Shown here piece by piece: positions 46,145 through 55,972 of a stretch of 64,000 bases of DNA (positions are counted from its first letter, which is position 1; every line of letters starts with the position of its first letter). The notes under the pieces were generated by a model. The model was given only the letters and a program-made list of their open reading frames with translations, was not told where the DNA came from and ran no database searches. The position numbers were made by a program, and so were the translations under genes. Origin of the DNA: an uncultured Weeksellaceae bacterium (GTDB taxonomy: Bacteria; Bacteroidota; Bacteroidia; Flavobacteriales_D; UBA2798); contig CAYWRZ010000005.1 of NCBI GenBank assembly GCA_964460845.1, forward strand, positions 95,644 through 159,643, written 5' to 3'.

Positions 46145-47152
46145 ATGAAATACATCTCTATTCTCTTGCCGTTGCTGTGGCTCACCGCCTGCAAAACACC
46201 GGAGCTTGCCATAGTCAAAGTGAACGAGCAGTTCGGCTGTATCGACAAAAAAGGAAATATGAGTATCGCTCCGGTATGGGATTATATTCTTCAGGACGAC
46301 AAGCAACTGCTGGTGCAAAAAGACAGCCTATACGGATTTATTGACCGGAAAGGGCGGGTGCTCATTCCAGCTCAATATACGGATGCGTACGGGTTCTATG
46401 AAGGACTTGCCGCCGTAAGCAACGGAGAAAAATACGGTTTTATTAACCTGCAAGGCGACACCGTCATTCCCTTTATTTACGACGATATTTTCGGGGGCTT
46501 TAGCTACGGACTCTGCCATGTGCTGCGCAACGACAGTTGTGGCTATATCAACCGGAAGGGAGAGCTGCACATCCCCTTACAGTATGCGGTATGTTATCCC
46601 TTTACGGAATCTTATGCCCGGGTACAAGCATTCGAAGGAGAAAGTGTGCTGTTAGACAAAAGCGGAAAAATATACCGATATCACGAAATAAATAAGCGCG
46701 ATAAAGCCACTATAGAACCGCCCTTAGATCCTTATCCGGGAAGCTTTGCTACGCCTGCCGGACAAGGCCGTGTAAACGCCAGGGGCGATACGCTTATTCC
46801 CCCAATCTATAAAGCCACTGGAAACCTTTCGGACGGCATGTACATTGTGCAGGATCAGCAAGGGAAATGGGGGGCTTATACCGAAAAAGGAGCGTTGATT
46901 ATCGCTCCGCAATTTGATAAGATGGCACATTTTCAGGAAGGTTTGGCTCAGGTTAAACAAAATGGTAAATGGGGCTACGTAAGTAAAAAAGGTGAGCTCC
47001 GCATAGCACCTGTTTTTGACTACGCCGGTCCTTTTAAAAAAGGAATAGCCTACGCAGAATACGAAGGCAAGGCAGGATTCATCAACAAGAAGGGGAAGTT
47101 TATCATTGCGCCTACCTTCCAGCCTAATGATTGGAAAAGCAACTTTGAATAA
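46145..47152 (+). CDS. WG-repeat (KWG) lipoprotein
   Basis: Lipobox LLWLTAC. Repeated units of the type G(K)WGY(V/I)..KG...I.P.F/Y. Confidence 0.8.
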   Translation: MKYISILLPLLWLTACKTPELAIVKVNEQFGCIDKKGNMSIAPVWDYILQDDKQLLVQKDSLYGFIDRKGRVLIPAQYTDAYGFYEGLAAVSNGEKYGFINLQGDTVIPFIYDDIFGGFSYGLCHVLRNDSCGYINRKGELHIPLQYAVCYPFTESYARVQAFEGESVLLDKSGKIYRYHEINKRDKATIEPPLDPYPGSFATPAGQGRVNARGDTLIPPIYKATGNLSDGMYIVQDQQGKWGAYTEKGALIIAPQFDKMAHFQEGLAQVKQNGKWGYVSKKGELRIAPVFDYAGPFKKGIAYAEYEGKAGFINKKGKFIIAPTFQPNDWKSNFE

Positions 47153-47249
47153 CGCCTCGTGTATTCCGGGTTTCATCGCATCGCCACTCCAAACGAACAT
47201 TCAGAATACACGAAAAAAAGCTAATTACAGGTAGAAAACAAAGCCACAG

Positions 47250-47408
47250 ATGAATCGTACCAACCTTCTGTTATTCGGACAGGAAAGCGAACGACTGCTC
47301 TTCAGAACTCTTGTGGAATCCGACTTCGAAGAATGGCTTATTTTCTGTGCCGATGAAAGTTCGCTCAGGTACATCGGTCTTGCCGAAAAACGGAATGGAA
47401 AATGCTAA
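47250..47408 (+). pseudogene. N-terminal fragment of a GNAT (RimJ/RimL-like) acetyltransferase
   Basis: A 52-codon ORF MNRTNLLLFGQESERLLFRTLVESDFEEWLIFCADESSLRYIG resembles GNAT N-termini, then stops. No intact continuation before the cupin gene. Confidence 0.35.
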
Positions 47409-47559
47409 AGGCGAGCTCCGCCAAAAATCGCGTATCCTAAAGCTTCGCTCCGCATAAAGGATTGATGGCGTATATTTACCCAAAAAACGGGCGAAAAAAT
47501 TCCGTGAAACCGACTCCACGATCGCTAATTGAACTATATACTCTGAAATACCTTTTCGT

Positions 47560-47967
47560 ATGCCACACACACATACCGTAAATGACAGCCTGATTCTGGC
47601 TCCAGGAGCAGGGCGCACTTATCAGTGCGGCACAATGACAGCCGTCTTTAAAGCCGACGAAAACGAAACGGACGAGCGATACAGCATCTCAGAATGGTGG
47701 CTAAAACCCTTATCCGGCGGACCCGGTGCCCATCAACATGAGGCGAACGACGAGGTATTCTATGTCCTCGAAGGAACCGTATCTATTCTGATCGGTGATA
47801 AATGGATAGCTGCCGAAAAAGGCGCATTTATACGGATACCCGCAAAAACCATCCACGATTTTGAGAACCGTACGGACAAAAAAGCAGGATTGCTTAACTT
47901 CTTCATTCCGGGTGGATTCGAGCGAAATATGCCTTCGATCGTAAAATGGTTCGAAGACAATAAATAA
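47560..47967 (+). CDS. cupin-domain protein
   Basis: GPGAHQHEANDEVFYVLEGTVSILIGD...IPAKTIHDFEN fits the two-motif cupin_2 pattern. Confidence 0.75.
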   Translation: MPHTHTVNDSLILAPGAGRTYQCGTMTAVFKADENETDERYSISEWWLKPLSGGPGAHQHEANDEVFYVLEGTVSILIGDKWIAAEKGAFIRIPAKTIHDFENRTDKKAGLLNFFIPGGFERNMPSIVKWFEDNK

Positions 47968-48052
47968 TCTATTTTCACGATTTGTGAACGACAGTCCGAC
48001 AAACAGGTGTAAAACTTAGACGGCAAAAAATACCGAATCACATAAAAAAACA

Positions 48053-48604
48053 ATGCATTTCAGTATCCGTCCCGTATTGGAAAACGAAAAAGCTATCCTG
48101 TATCCGTTACAGGAAGACGATTTCGAAAGTCTGTATGCCGTAGCCTCCGATCCTGCGATATGGGCACAGCATCCCAATCCCGATCGCTGGAAAAAAGAGG
48201 TATTTCGCATTTTTTTTGAAGGCGCAATACAAAGTGGCGGAGCATTTAAAATCGTGGATAAAGCCAGTGGCCGAATAGCCGGAAGCACAAGAATATACGG
48301 GTATGACCCCACCCGAAAAAGCATCCTCGTAGGTTATACGTTTTTAGCTACCGCCTATTGGGGTACCGGAATAAACCTCGCCGTAAAAGGAACCCTGCTC
48401 GATTATCTTTTTCAGTTTGTCGCACAGGTCTGTTTCCATATCGGGGCAGAAAATAAACGCTCACAAATAGCTATCGGCCGGCTCGGCGCACAGAAAACAG
48501 CCGAAGAAGAGATTGCTTATTTCGGTGAAACACCGAAGCTGAATTTTGTGTACTGCATACACAAAGAGGGATGGAAAAGCTGGAAAACCTCACAAAAGAG
48601 CTAA
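48053..48604 (+). CDS. GNAT family N-acetyltransferase
   Basis: ILYPLQEDDFESLYAVASDP...IAGSTRIYGYD...VGYTFLATAYWGTGINLAVKGTLLDYLF is a typical GNAT core. Confidence 0.8.
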   Translation: MHFSIRPVLENEKAILYPLQEDDFESLYAVASDPAIWAQHPNPDRWKKEVFRIFFEGAIQSGGAFKIVDKASGRIAGSTRIYGYDPTRKSILVGYTFLATAYWGTGINLAVKGTLLDYLFQFVAQVCFHIGAENKRSQIAIGRLGAQKTAEEEIAYFGETPKLNFVYCIHKEGWKSWKTSQKS

Positions 48605-49299
48605 TCCTTTTTCGTTTTGCAATTTTCATACCTATTGGATACTTTTTTATTCCTCACATTGTTATTTTTCGCAGAAATTACGGAATTGAGTATTATCCGA
48701 TACATACCAAAAACGCTGCACACCTCGATATTCATACACAGATAAGAGAAACCCTAACTACGCTTATTCACGTATCAGTATAAGTAATTAAACGGAAAAA
48801 AGAGCCGATGAATCTGTAAATAAAGTGCCTTTTATATCTCCCAGATTCCTAACCCTAACTCTTTATCACCTACGTAATCGATATTTTCAGCAATACACAC
48901 AGATAGATTCCACTAATTTATTACCAATAAAAAATAAAACATCTACTCACTATTTTTTATAGTAAAATAAAACTTACATTTGAAAAGTATATAAATATCT
49001 TTGTCCAGATTAAAGGAATGAATCGTTTTTTTGTCGCTGCTGCTTATTGCTTTATTATTGAAATTTAGCCTCATTAGAAATAAAACAGGATTTAGTCGGT
49101 TAATCTCAGTTAGAATACTTCCTGTTTGCATTGCACAAAAAAGAAGCCTTGTGAAAGTAAATACTTCCATACCTGAAGAACGACTTATTCACGCAGTTTA
49201 TCTTCTATCCGGCTCATACCGCGCCCAAAAGTGTGGTCATTTATCGTATCCTAATCCTTTCCAACTATCGACTCGTTTTATAATTAAATCAATTGATGT

Positions 49300-50082
49300 A
49301 TGAAAGCGCTTGTACTCTGTATTACCTGCTTCTTCTGTGTAGCTCTCAATCCCGTCGGAGCACAGACAAAAATCAAAGACGGAACCGTCTCCAGTCCTGC
49401 ATTGCCCGACGCAGATGCGCTTCTTGAGCTGGAAAGCATGAACAAAGGACTGCTCATGCCACGCGTAGAGCTCGAAAGTACGCTGCTCCCCAACCCGCTT
49501 TCGGCACACACAGCCGGTATGACCGTCTATAACACCAAAGACACGAACGATGTAAAACCGGGTATTTATTACAACGACGGTACGCGTTGGAATGCCCTGC
49601 TTACCTCCAAATCGCCCGGTACAGGCACTGACCCGGAAGTAAACCTCAATGTAGGCGAAAGCTACATCTATTACAAAAAAGACGTAGCGCTGAGTTCGGG
49701 CAATCCGCTGCTTACAAATCACTTCACCGATGTACCGGTATTGGAAGGCCTCCGACTCGAAGCCTCTTATTACAATACTACGTATTATATACCGAGATGG
49801 TACAATACCACAGGCTCTTCAATGACCTACACCTATACCTGTATCTCTACAGTGACCACCAATTACGATGAAGTGAACAGCACACTGGCTCCGGGCGCTT
49901 TCGAAAATGTGGACGGAGATAACATCGTGTATTGCACCGCCACGCACGCCGAAACCGTAACTGCCGACCTCCTGATCAACGATAAATGGTACCGGATTCT
50001 TTGGTACGTATTCATAGACAGGAGCACAAACCCCGCTAACACCGCTTATACCGTTCGTATCTGGGTTACCCGCCTGCATTAA
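49300..50082 (+). CDS. secreted hypothetical protein
   Basis: Signal peptide MKALVLCITCFFCVALNPVGAQ. T/Y/N-rich. No family recognised. Confidence 0.5.
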   Translation: MKALVLCITCFFCVALNPVGAQTKIKDGTVSSPALPDADALLELESMNKGLLMPRVELESTLLPNPLSAHTAGMTVYNTKDTNDVKPGIYYNDGTRWNALLTSKSPGTGTDPEVNLNVGESYIYYKKDVALSSGNPLLTNHFTDVPVLEGLRLEASYYNTTYYIPRWYNTTGSSMTYTYTCISTVTTNYDEVNSTLAPGAFENVDGDNIVYCTATHAETVTADLLINDKWYRILWYVFIDRSTNPANTAYTVRIWVTRLH

Positions 50083-50136
50083 AATTAACGAACGCTCGGT
50101 ACAACAAGGTGATTTTATGTATTAAACCCGTATCCT

Positions 50137-51726
50137 ATGTGTAACTTTACACGCTTTAGAAAAATATCCGTAGTCGGCCTGTGTATGCTGTTAAGCTACG
50201 GACTATCGTCTGCCCAAACAGGTGCAGGCAGCAGTATCATCGATAACGGATACCGCAGTACCTCCGCCTCCGACACCACCTTCGAGTACGCCGAAACGAT
50301 CTACATCGGCCCCAATGCCGTTTGGTCGATCAACGGAGTGCATACCCTGTTCTGCAAAACTATCTGGATAGCCCCCCAGGCCAGTATCACCGGCTCTGGT
50401 AAGCTGATTATCGCCAACCCGGATCTCAATCCGGTGTATCCCGATATGCCTTCGGGAACTACGCAAATCGATGCGAATAACAACGGAAACGGTGTTACCG
50501 GACAGGCCATCGGGCTGCGCATTGAGCTACATACCCCTTATAACCTCGTGCTCGAAGATATCAGCGACCCGGGCTTCGGCACCGTAAACCCGTCCGATTC
50601 GTTAGCCGCTGCGCTAAACCTGAGCGATCTCTACCTGATGGTGAATGATGGCGATGTACTCCTCAACGGATATAACCTCCGCTTCGATCCGGGCTACTGG
50701 ATACACGGCTTTAGCGCCAACCGCATGGTCGTAACGGGCAACAGCATCAGAGGGCACCTCGTACATACAGGCAACGGAAGCCGTACAGCCCCCATTGGTA
50801 TTGCCGAAGGAGATTATACGCCTGTAGAGTTTGAAACGCTATCGTCCGGAAACGCTTATTTCAGTGTAACCGATTACGCGACCGCATCTGCCACCATTAC
50901 CGCGCCGCAGGAAGGCATGAACCGCGCCTGGCATATCTATGCCGACGCACCGTTTTCAGGAAACCTGACCTTACATCACAATGTCGCCAGCGACGGTTTA
51001 GACTACGACGACGCCAACGCTTTTATTACCCAATACCAGGGCGGCGATACATGGAGCTCTTCTGCATTGGCCGACTACGTGGGTCCCGGAACACATTCTT
51101 CTGCGACCATAGCCGCGCTGATTCCGGCTATCGGTTCGGCCGATGGATCCTGGTTCAGCAAAAGCAGCGAAGCTGAAACCCCTCTCCCGGTTACGCTTAT
51201 CAGTTTTGAAGCCTATAAATACGGTAACTCGGCTATACTGGAGTGGGCCACCGCATCCGAACATCACAACAGCGGATTCGATATAGAACGCAGCGCCGAC
51301 GGACATACATGGATACCGATCGGATGGGTTCCCTCTCTTTCCGGCAGCGGTTACAGTACCCGCCGACTGGATTACAAGTTTACCGATGCCGAATTGCACT
51401 TCGGCCCCAATTATTACCGGCTCAAACAGATCGACTTTGACGGTAAATACGAATACAGCACGCTAAGAGTGGTTTATCACACACCCTTTTCTAATGGCAT
51501 CAGCCTGTACCCCAACCCGAGTGAAAACAGAGTATTCATCGACGGACTGGAAGGGGGAGAAACCATTTCGCTGTATAACAACGTCGGGCAACTCTTGCAA
51601 CGTTTTCAGACAAACGAAGAAAAACAGATGCTTCACCTTGATCAGCTCCCGGCCGATACTTACCATATTACCGTAACCGATCGACGTGGAACTATACGAA
51701 GCACGCATCAGGTGGTAAAGCTGTAA
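50137..51726 (+). CDS. secreted protein with T9SS type A C-terminal sorting domain
   Basis: N-terminal signal. The last ~80 aa (ISLYPNPSENRVFIDGLEGGETISLYNNVGQLL...LPADTYHITVTD) match the Por/T9SS CTD pattern. Confidence 0.75.
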   Translation: MCNFTRFRKISVVGLCMLLSYGLSSAQTGAGSSIIDNGYRSTSASDTTFEYAETIYIGPNAVWSINGVHTLFCKTIWIAPQASITGSGKLIIANPDLNPVYPDMPSGTTQIDANNNGNGVTGQAIGLRIELHTPYNLVLEDISDPGFGTVNPSDSLAAALNLSDLYLMVNDGDVLLNGYNLRFDPGYWIHGFSANRMVVTGNSIRGHLVHTGNGSRTAPIGIAEGDYTPVEFETLSSGNAYFSVTDYATASATITAPQEGMNRAWHIYADAPFSGNLTLHHNVASDGLDYDDANAFITQYQGGDTWSSSALADYVGPGTHSSATIAALIPAIGSADGSWFSKSSEAETPLPVTLISFEAYKYGNSAILEWATASEHHNSGFDIERSADGHTWIPIGWVPSLSGSGYSTRRLDYKFTDAELHFGPNYYRLKQIDFDGKYEYSTLRVVYHTPFSNGISLYPNPSENRVFIDGLEGGETISLYNNVGQLLQRFQTNEEKQMLHLDQLPADTYHITVTDRRGTIRSTHQVVKL

Positions 51727-51813
51727 GCATTTCTTGACAACCCTTTTCATTAACACGCAGGTGCTGCGACACATTGTTCTTGCTGTGTCGTAAATAAAAG
51801 ATAGTGCAACCGA

Positions 51814-53061
51814 TTAGCTACTCTCTTGCTCCGGATGGATAGCTTTAGGGTAGCCCAGTTTTATAATCTCAGGAATAAAAAACGAGACTATTCCGATAAG
51901 TACTATGGCGCTTCCAAGTATCACAAACGTATGCGTAATGCCGATATAATCGGCCAGGAAACCGGTAGAAAGGAGTCCGAGCATAGAGGGCAATACCGAA
52001 GCGCTCATGAACATGGAAAAGACCCTTCCGAGCTTGGCGGCATCCACTCTTTCCTGAATAATAGCCGTAAAGCAGGAGTTGTACAGGGCAAAAAACAAGC
52101 CTTCTATAGCGGTAAGCACGACAAAAAGCAGGAATCCGTTAACCGGTAAAATTCCCGAAGCCGCTAATGCCGCGCCGATAATCACATACGTGAGGTTAAT
52201 CGCCTTTACCTTGTGATAACGCATCCGGAAAATACCGAGCAGCACGCCACCCACCAGCATACCTACTCCCCAGGCCATTTCCACGATGCTAATCTGAAAC
52301 TCGTTGCCGTTAAAATGCTTCAGGGTCATCAGCGGAAACAGTACACTAAGCGGCATAATGCAAAAGGTCACCATAATAGAAAAGAAAAAAAGCAATTTCA
52401 GCCCTTTCTGCCGGGTCACTTCCCATACGCCTTCTTTTACTTCCTGCCACACCTGAGCCATTCCTTTTTCTTTCTCTTTGTCTTGCTCCGGATTCGGGAT
52501 TTTAACCAGCAGCAACGAAACGATTCCCAGCACGGCACCCGCCACGTCGAACAGCAGCACATAGCTGATATCCATCAGACTTATCAATAAGGCGCCTAAT
52601 ACAGGGCCCGCAATAGTAGAAACCGAAAGAATCGCCTGATTTACTCCGGCAATCCGCACCAGCTCACTTTCGGGAGCCAACAAGGGCACCGAAGCCTGCA
52701 TGGCCGGCATGTGAAAAGCGGAACCCGTAGAACGCAGCGCAAGCAGCAGATAGATGTACCAAAGCTCTACGGTATCGAAATAAAACAAGAGCGAAATCAC
52801 CATCGTACAGGCCGCAATAAACAGGTCGGCATAAATCATGGTCTTTTTGCGATCCCAGCGATCGATGAACACGCCGGCAAACAAGCCCAGCACCGATTGA
52901 GGCAGCAGGGCGGCAATAGCCGCATAAGCCAGCACCTCGGCCGATTCAGTTTCGATGCTCATCCAAATAATAAGGGCAAAGCCCACGAGTCCACTGCTCA
53001 GTATCGAAAAAAGTTGGCCGGTCCACAGCACGGCAAACGTTCTTTTCCAGTCGGTTTTCAT
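51814..53061 (-). CDS. MFS transporter
   Basis: About 12 hydrophobic segments. FIDRWDRKK loop between TM2 and TM3 (MFS signature-like). Confidence 0.85.
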   Translation of the reverse strand: MKTDWKRTFAVLWTGQLFSILSSGLVGFALIIWMSIETESAEVLAYAAIAALLPQSVLGLFAGVFIDRWDRKKTMIYADLFIAACTMVISLLFYFDTVELWYIYLLLALRSTGSAFHMPAMQASVPLLAPESELVRIAGVNQAILSVSTIAGPVLGALLISLMDISYVLLFDVAGAVLGIVSLLLVKIPNPEQDKEKEKGMAQVWQEVKEGVWEVTRQKGLKLLFFFSIMVTFCIMPLSVLFPLMTLKHFNGNEFQISIVEMAWGVGMLVGGVLLGIFRMRYHKVKAINLTYVIIGAALAASGILPVNGFLLFVVLTAIEGLFFALYNSCFTAIIQERVDAAKLGRVFSMFMSASVLPSMLGLLSTGFLADYIGITHTFVILGSAIVLIGIVSFFIPEIIKLGYPKAIHPEQESS

Positions 53062-53435
53062 AAAAAATAAGGGTTAGAAGCTGTAAAAAAAGGGGAATAA
53101 ATCCGGGCAAAGCAGGCATAGTCTCTCAGGTTCGCACCGGAATAATGAGGACGGACTATACAAAAAACAGCTTCATGGGAGTCTGAGATTTAACAGGTAC
53201 AAAGGTAAAATAAGTAAACGGAATGACGTTAAAGGATTTGTTTTTTATTTATTACCGATGTTTTAAAAAGAGTACCCATCGAATAAAATTTCTTTATAAA
53301 AACCGGATTTTCAGAACTACTTGTGCAAAAGCGCGAAAAAATTTATTTTTAAATACGTTAAACCCTGCTTCCAGCAAAGCACTTTTCGCTGCGAACACTG
53401 ATTTAATCCAAAAAAATTCGGCCTCCCGGCTTGCT

Positions 53436-53720
53436 ATGTGGTTACTCTTTTTGTCGGTTGCGGTACTACAAATAGGCAGTTATTTGCTGCTGAATAAGCT
53501 TGGCTGGCCAAAGGCAAAATGGCTTGTGCTACTTATCTTGCTGCTGCTGCATTACCGGGTCTTCCCTCCCCTTTTCATGCCGGCCTTACCTGAAGGAGAA
53601 GCTTGCGGAATGCCCGTATTAGGCGTTATACTCGGTTTTTGGGTTATCGGCGGGATAAGCGCGCTGCTTATTCATTTCAGCTTTCTGGTATTGACCCGAA
53701 AACACGAAGCGCAGCGTTAA
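53436..53720 (+). CDS. small hypothetical membrane protein
   Basis: The hydrophobic part of ORF 53223-53720 begins at MWLLFLSVAVLQ. The start choice is uncertain. Confidence 0.35.
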   Translation: MWLLFLSVAVLQIGSYLLLNKLGWPKAKWLVLLILLLLHYRVFPPLFMPALPEGEACGMPVLGVILGFWVIGGISALLIHFSFLVLTRKHEAQR

Positions 53721-53777
53721 AGAATAGTTACCCAAGGCTACTCATAGTTTACGCCTCCCCCGGTACGCTCCTGAAAG

Positions 53778-55205
53778 TTACCTGCTGCGCTTTATCTGTC
53801 CGCGCGAAAGGTAATACACCGGAATACCGGTCAGCACTATGAGCAGTCCCCAGCCACAGGTATCGGTCTTATAAAGTATCAGTCCCACGCAGATGCTCAA
53901 CGCCGCCAGTATATACAAAGCGGGAATTACCGGATAACCGAAAGCCCGATAAGGCCGCTCGGCCTCGGGACGACGGATACGCAAGATAAATACCGCGGCT
54001 ATGGTCAGGATATAAAACAAGAGCACCACAAAAATCACGTAATCGAGCAAAGCCCCGTATTTACCTGTAAGGCACAAGGCCGAAGCCCAGATGCACTGTG
54101 CCCACAAGCCCCAGGCCGGTACTTCAAAACGGTTAAGCCGCGCCGCCTGCTTAAAAAAGAGTCCGTCTTGCGCCATGGTGTAATACACGCGTGCCCCCGA
54201 AAGGATGAGTCCGTTGTTGCAACCGAAGGTCGATACCATAATCATCAGCGCGATGATCAAAGCTCCCAGGGCCCCGAAAATATACTGCGAAGCCGCCACG
54301 GTAACCCGATCAGAGGGCGCAAAAGCGATCTCGTTCATGGGCAGCACCGCTATATACACGATGTTCATCAGCACATAAAGCAGGGTCACGATCAGCGTGC
54401 CTAAAAACAAGCTAAGTCCGATGTTACGCTGCGGATTTCGAATTTCTCCGGCGATAAACGTCACATTGTTCCAGGCATCGCTCGAAAACAGCGAGCCTAC
54501 CATCGCGGCAGTAATACCGGCAAAAAGCACGGCACCCGAAATATCGGCGCTCAGGCCCGTATCAAGCGACCACTGCATGGCCCGGAACGGCTCGGTCCAG
54601 TTGGCGTTCCACACCTCGCTGCGAAAAGCGATAAAACCCGCTACGATAAGCCCTAACAAGGAAAGAATTTTGATAAGCGTAAGCGTGGTTTGTATGATTT
54701 TCCCGTTTTTCACCCCGCGACTATTGATCCAGGTAAGCAGCACTATAGTGGCAATGGCCAGCACCTGCGAAGCATTTATCGCCAACCCGAACAGCGTAAA
54801 CAGCACATTCTCTTCGCCCAAAGGTTCGTACAGGTAAGCGGCAAATTTGGCAAAAGCAACACCTACAGCTGCAATGGTACCCGTTTGTATTACCGTAAAA
54901 AAAGACCAGCCGTATAAAAAGGCTATCAATCTGTTATACGATTCGCGCAGGTAAACATATTGCCCGCCCGCACGCGGAAACATGGCCGACAATTCGCCGT
55001 AGCTAAGGGCCGCCATGAGCGTAATCACTCCGGTAAGCAACCAAATCAGGATGAGCCATCCGGCGCTTCCCACATTACGGGTAATATCGGCGCTTACGAT
55101 AAAAATACCCGAACCTATCATCGATCCAACCACCAGCATAGTGGCATCGAGCAGTCCCAGTTCGCGTTTCATAGATGCGTTTCCGTTGGGAAGAGAGGGT
55201 TCCAT
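53778..55205 (-). CDS. APC-superfamily amino acid permease
   Basis: 475 aa, 12 TM pattern. N-terminal GLLDATMLVVGSMIGSGIF is typical of amino acid/polyamine permeases. Confidence 0.9.
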   Translation of the reverse strand: MEPSLPNGNASMKRELGLLDATMLVVGSMIGSGIFIVSADITRNVGSAGWLILIWLLTGVITLMAALSYGELSAMFPRAGGQYVYLRESYNRLIAFLYGWSFFTVIQTGTIAAVGVAFAKFAAYLYEPLGEENVLFTLFGLAINASQVLAIATIVLLTWINSRGVKNGKIIQTTLTLIKILSLLGLIVAGFIAFRSEVWNANWTEPFRAMQWSLDTGLSADISGAVLFAGITAAMVGSLFSSDAWNNVTFIAGEIRNPQRNIGLSLFLGTLIVTLLYVLMNIVYIAVLPMNEIAFAPSDRVTVAASQYIFGALGALIIALMIMVSTFGCNNGLILSGARVYYTMAQDGLFFKQAARLNRFEVPAWGLWAQCIWASALCLTGKYGALLDYVIFVVLLFYILTIAAVFILRIRRPEAERPYRAFGYPVIPALYILAALSICVGLILYKTDTCGWGLLIVLTGIPVYYLSRGQIKRSR

Positions 55206-55281
55206 ATACTTGGGTTAAGGGCAGAAAGATAAGAGATTTTTAGCCCCTTTAATTTTTAAATTCGTAGATAAGATAAATTCT

Positions 55282-55782
55282 ATGACTATGAAACACAAGC
55301 ACGTAAAATCGCTGGGTGAGCTGAAAGCGCTTCCTTCTCCCGTCGATACCAATGCCGCGTACAGAGAAAATCTCTCGCGGCTCGATCATATTGCGTTGTG
55401 GATTACCGTTAACGTAGGCAGCATGAAATTCTTCCTCCTCATTTTTGGCTGGACAATAGGCTGGTTAGCCTGGAATACCCTGGCTCCCGATGAGCTGCGC
55501 TTTGACCCTTTTCCGGCTTTTGTGCTTTGGCTGTTTATTTCCAACATGATCCAAATTTTCCTCATGCCCCTGATTATGATCGGCCAAAACCTGCAATCGA
55601 ACCACGCCGAGCTGCGAGCGCAATCAGACTTTGAAATCAATATTAAAGCGGAACTCGAAATCGAAACCATACTCAAGCATCTCGAAAACCAAAACGAGCT
55701 GATTCTTAAAATTCTGACACGAATTGAGCAGTTAGAAAAGCAGAGGCCACCCGAAACGGATACGGATCATTCTCCCGCCTAA
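55282..55782 (+). CDS. DUF1003 domain-containing membrane protein
   Basis: FDPFPAFVLWLFISNMIQIFLMPLIMIGQN...RAQSDFEINIKAELEIE matches the DUF1003 pattern. Confidence 0.7.
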   Translation: MTMKHKHVKSLGELKALPSPVDTNAAYRENLSRLDHIALWITVNVGSMKFFLLIFGWTIGWLAWNTLAPDELRFDPFPAFVLWLFISNMIQIFLMPLIMIGQNLQSNHAELRAQSDFEINIKAELEIETILKHLENQNELILKILTRIEQLEKQRPPETDTDHSPA

Positions 55783-55917
55783 CGATCTTTTCCAGGTCGC
55801 CTGACTTCTTTCGCCTTTTCCACTTATCTACCTCTTTTTAAAGCTTCTATTCATTGAGCGACCGAAAATAAAAGGACTTCTCTTTCCTTACTATGAGAAA
55901 AATGTGCTTTTTATTTT

Positions 55918-55945
55918 GTTAGATTAATCTAACATATTACTTTTG
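55918..55945 (+). promoter_or_regulatory. perfect 16-bp palindrome (candidate operator) abutting a TAnnTTTG -7 promoter box upstream of the TonB-dependent receptor
   Basis: GTTAGATTAATCTAAC at 55918-55933. TACTTTTG at 55938-55945, about 28 nt before ATG 55973. Confidence 0.35.
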
Positions 55946-55972
55946 TCAAACAAATTACAAAGTTTAGACAAA

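Noticed and set aside
47271-47618. 115-aa minus-strand ORF
   Set aside because: It is antisense to the GNAT-like fragment and to the cupin gene 5' end. It has no motifs, and its start lies inside the cupin coding region.
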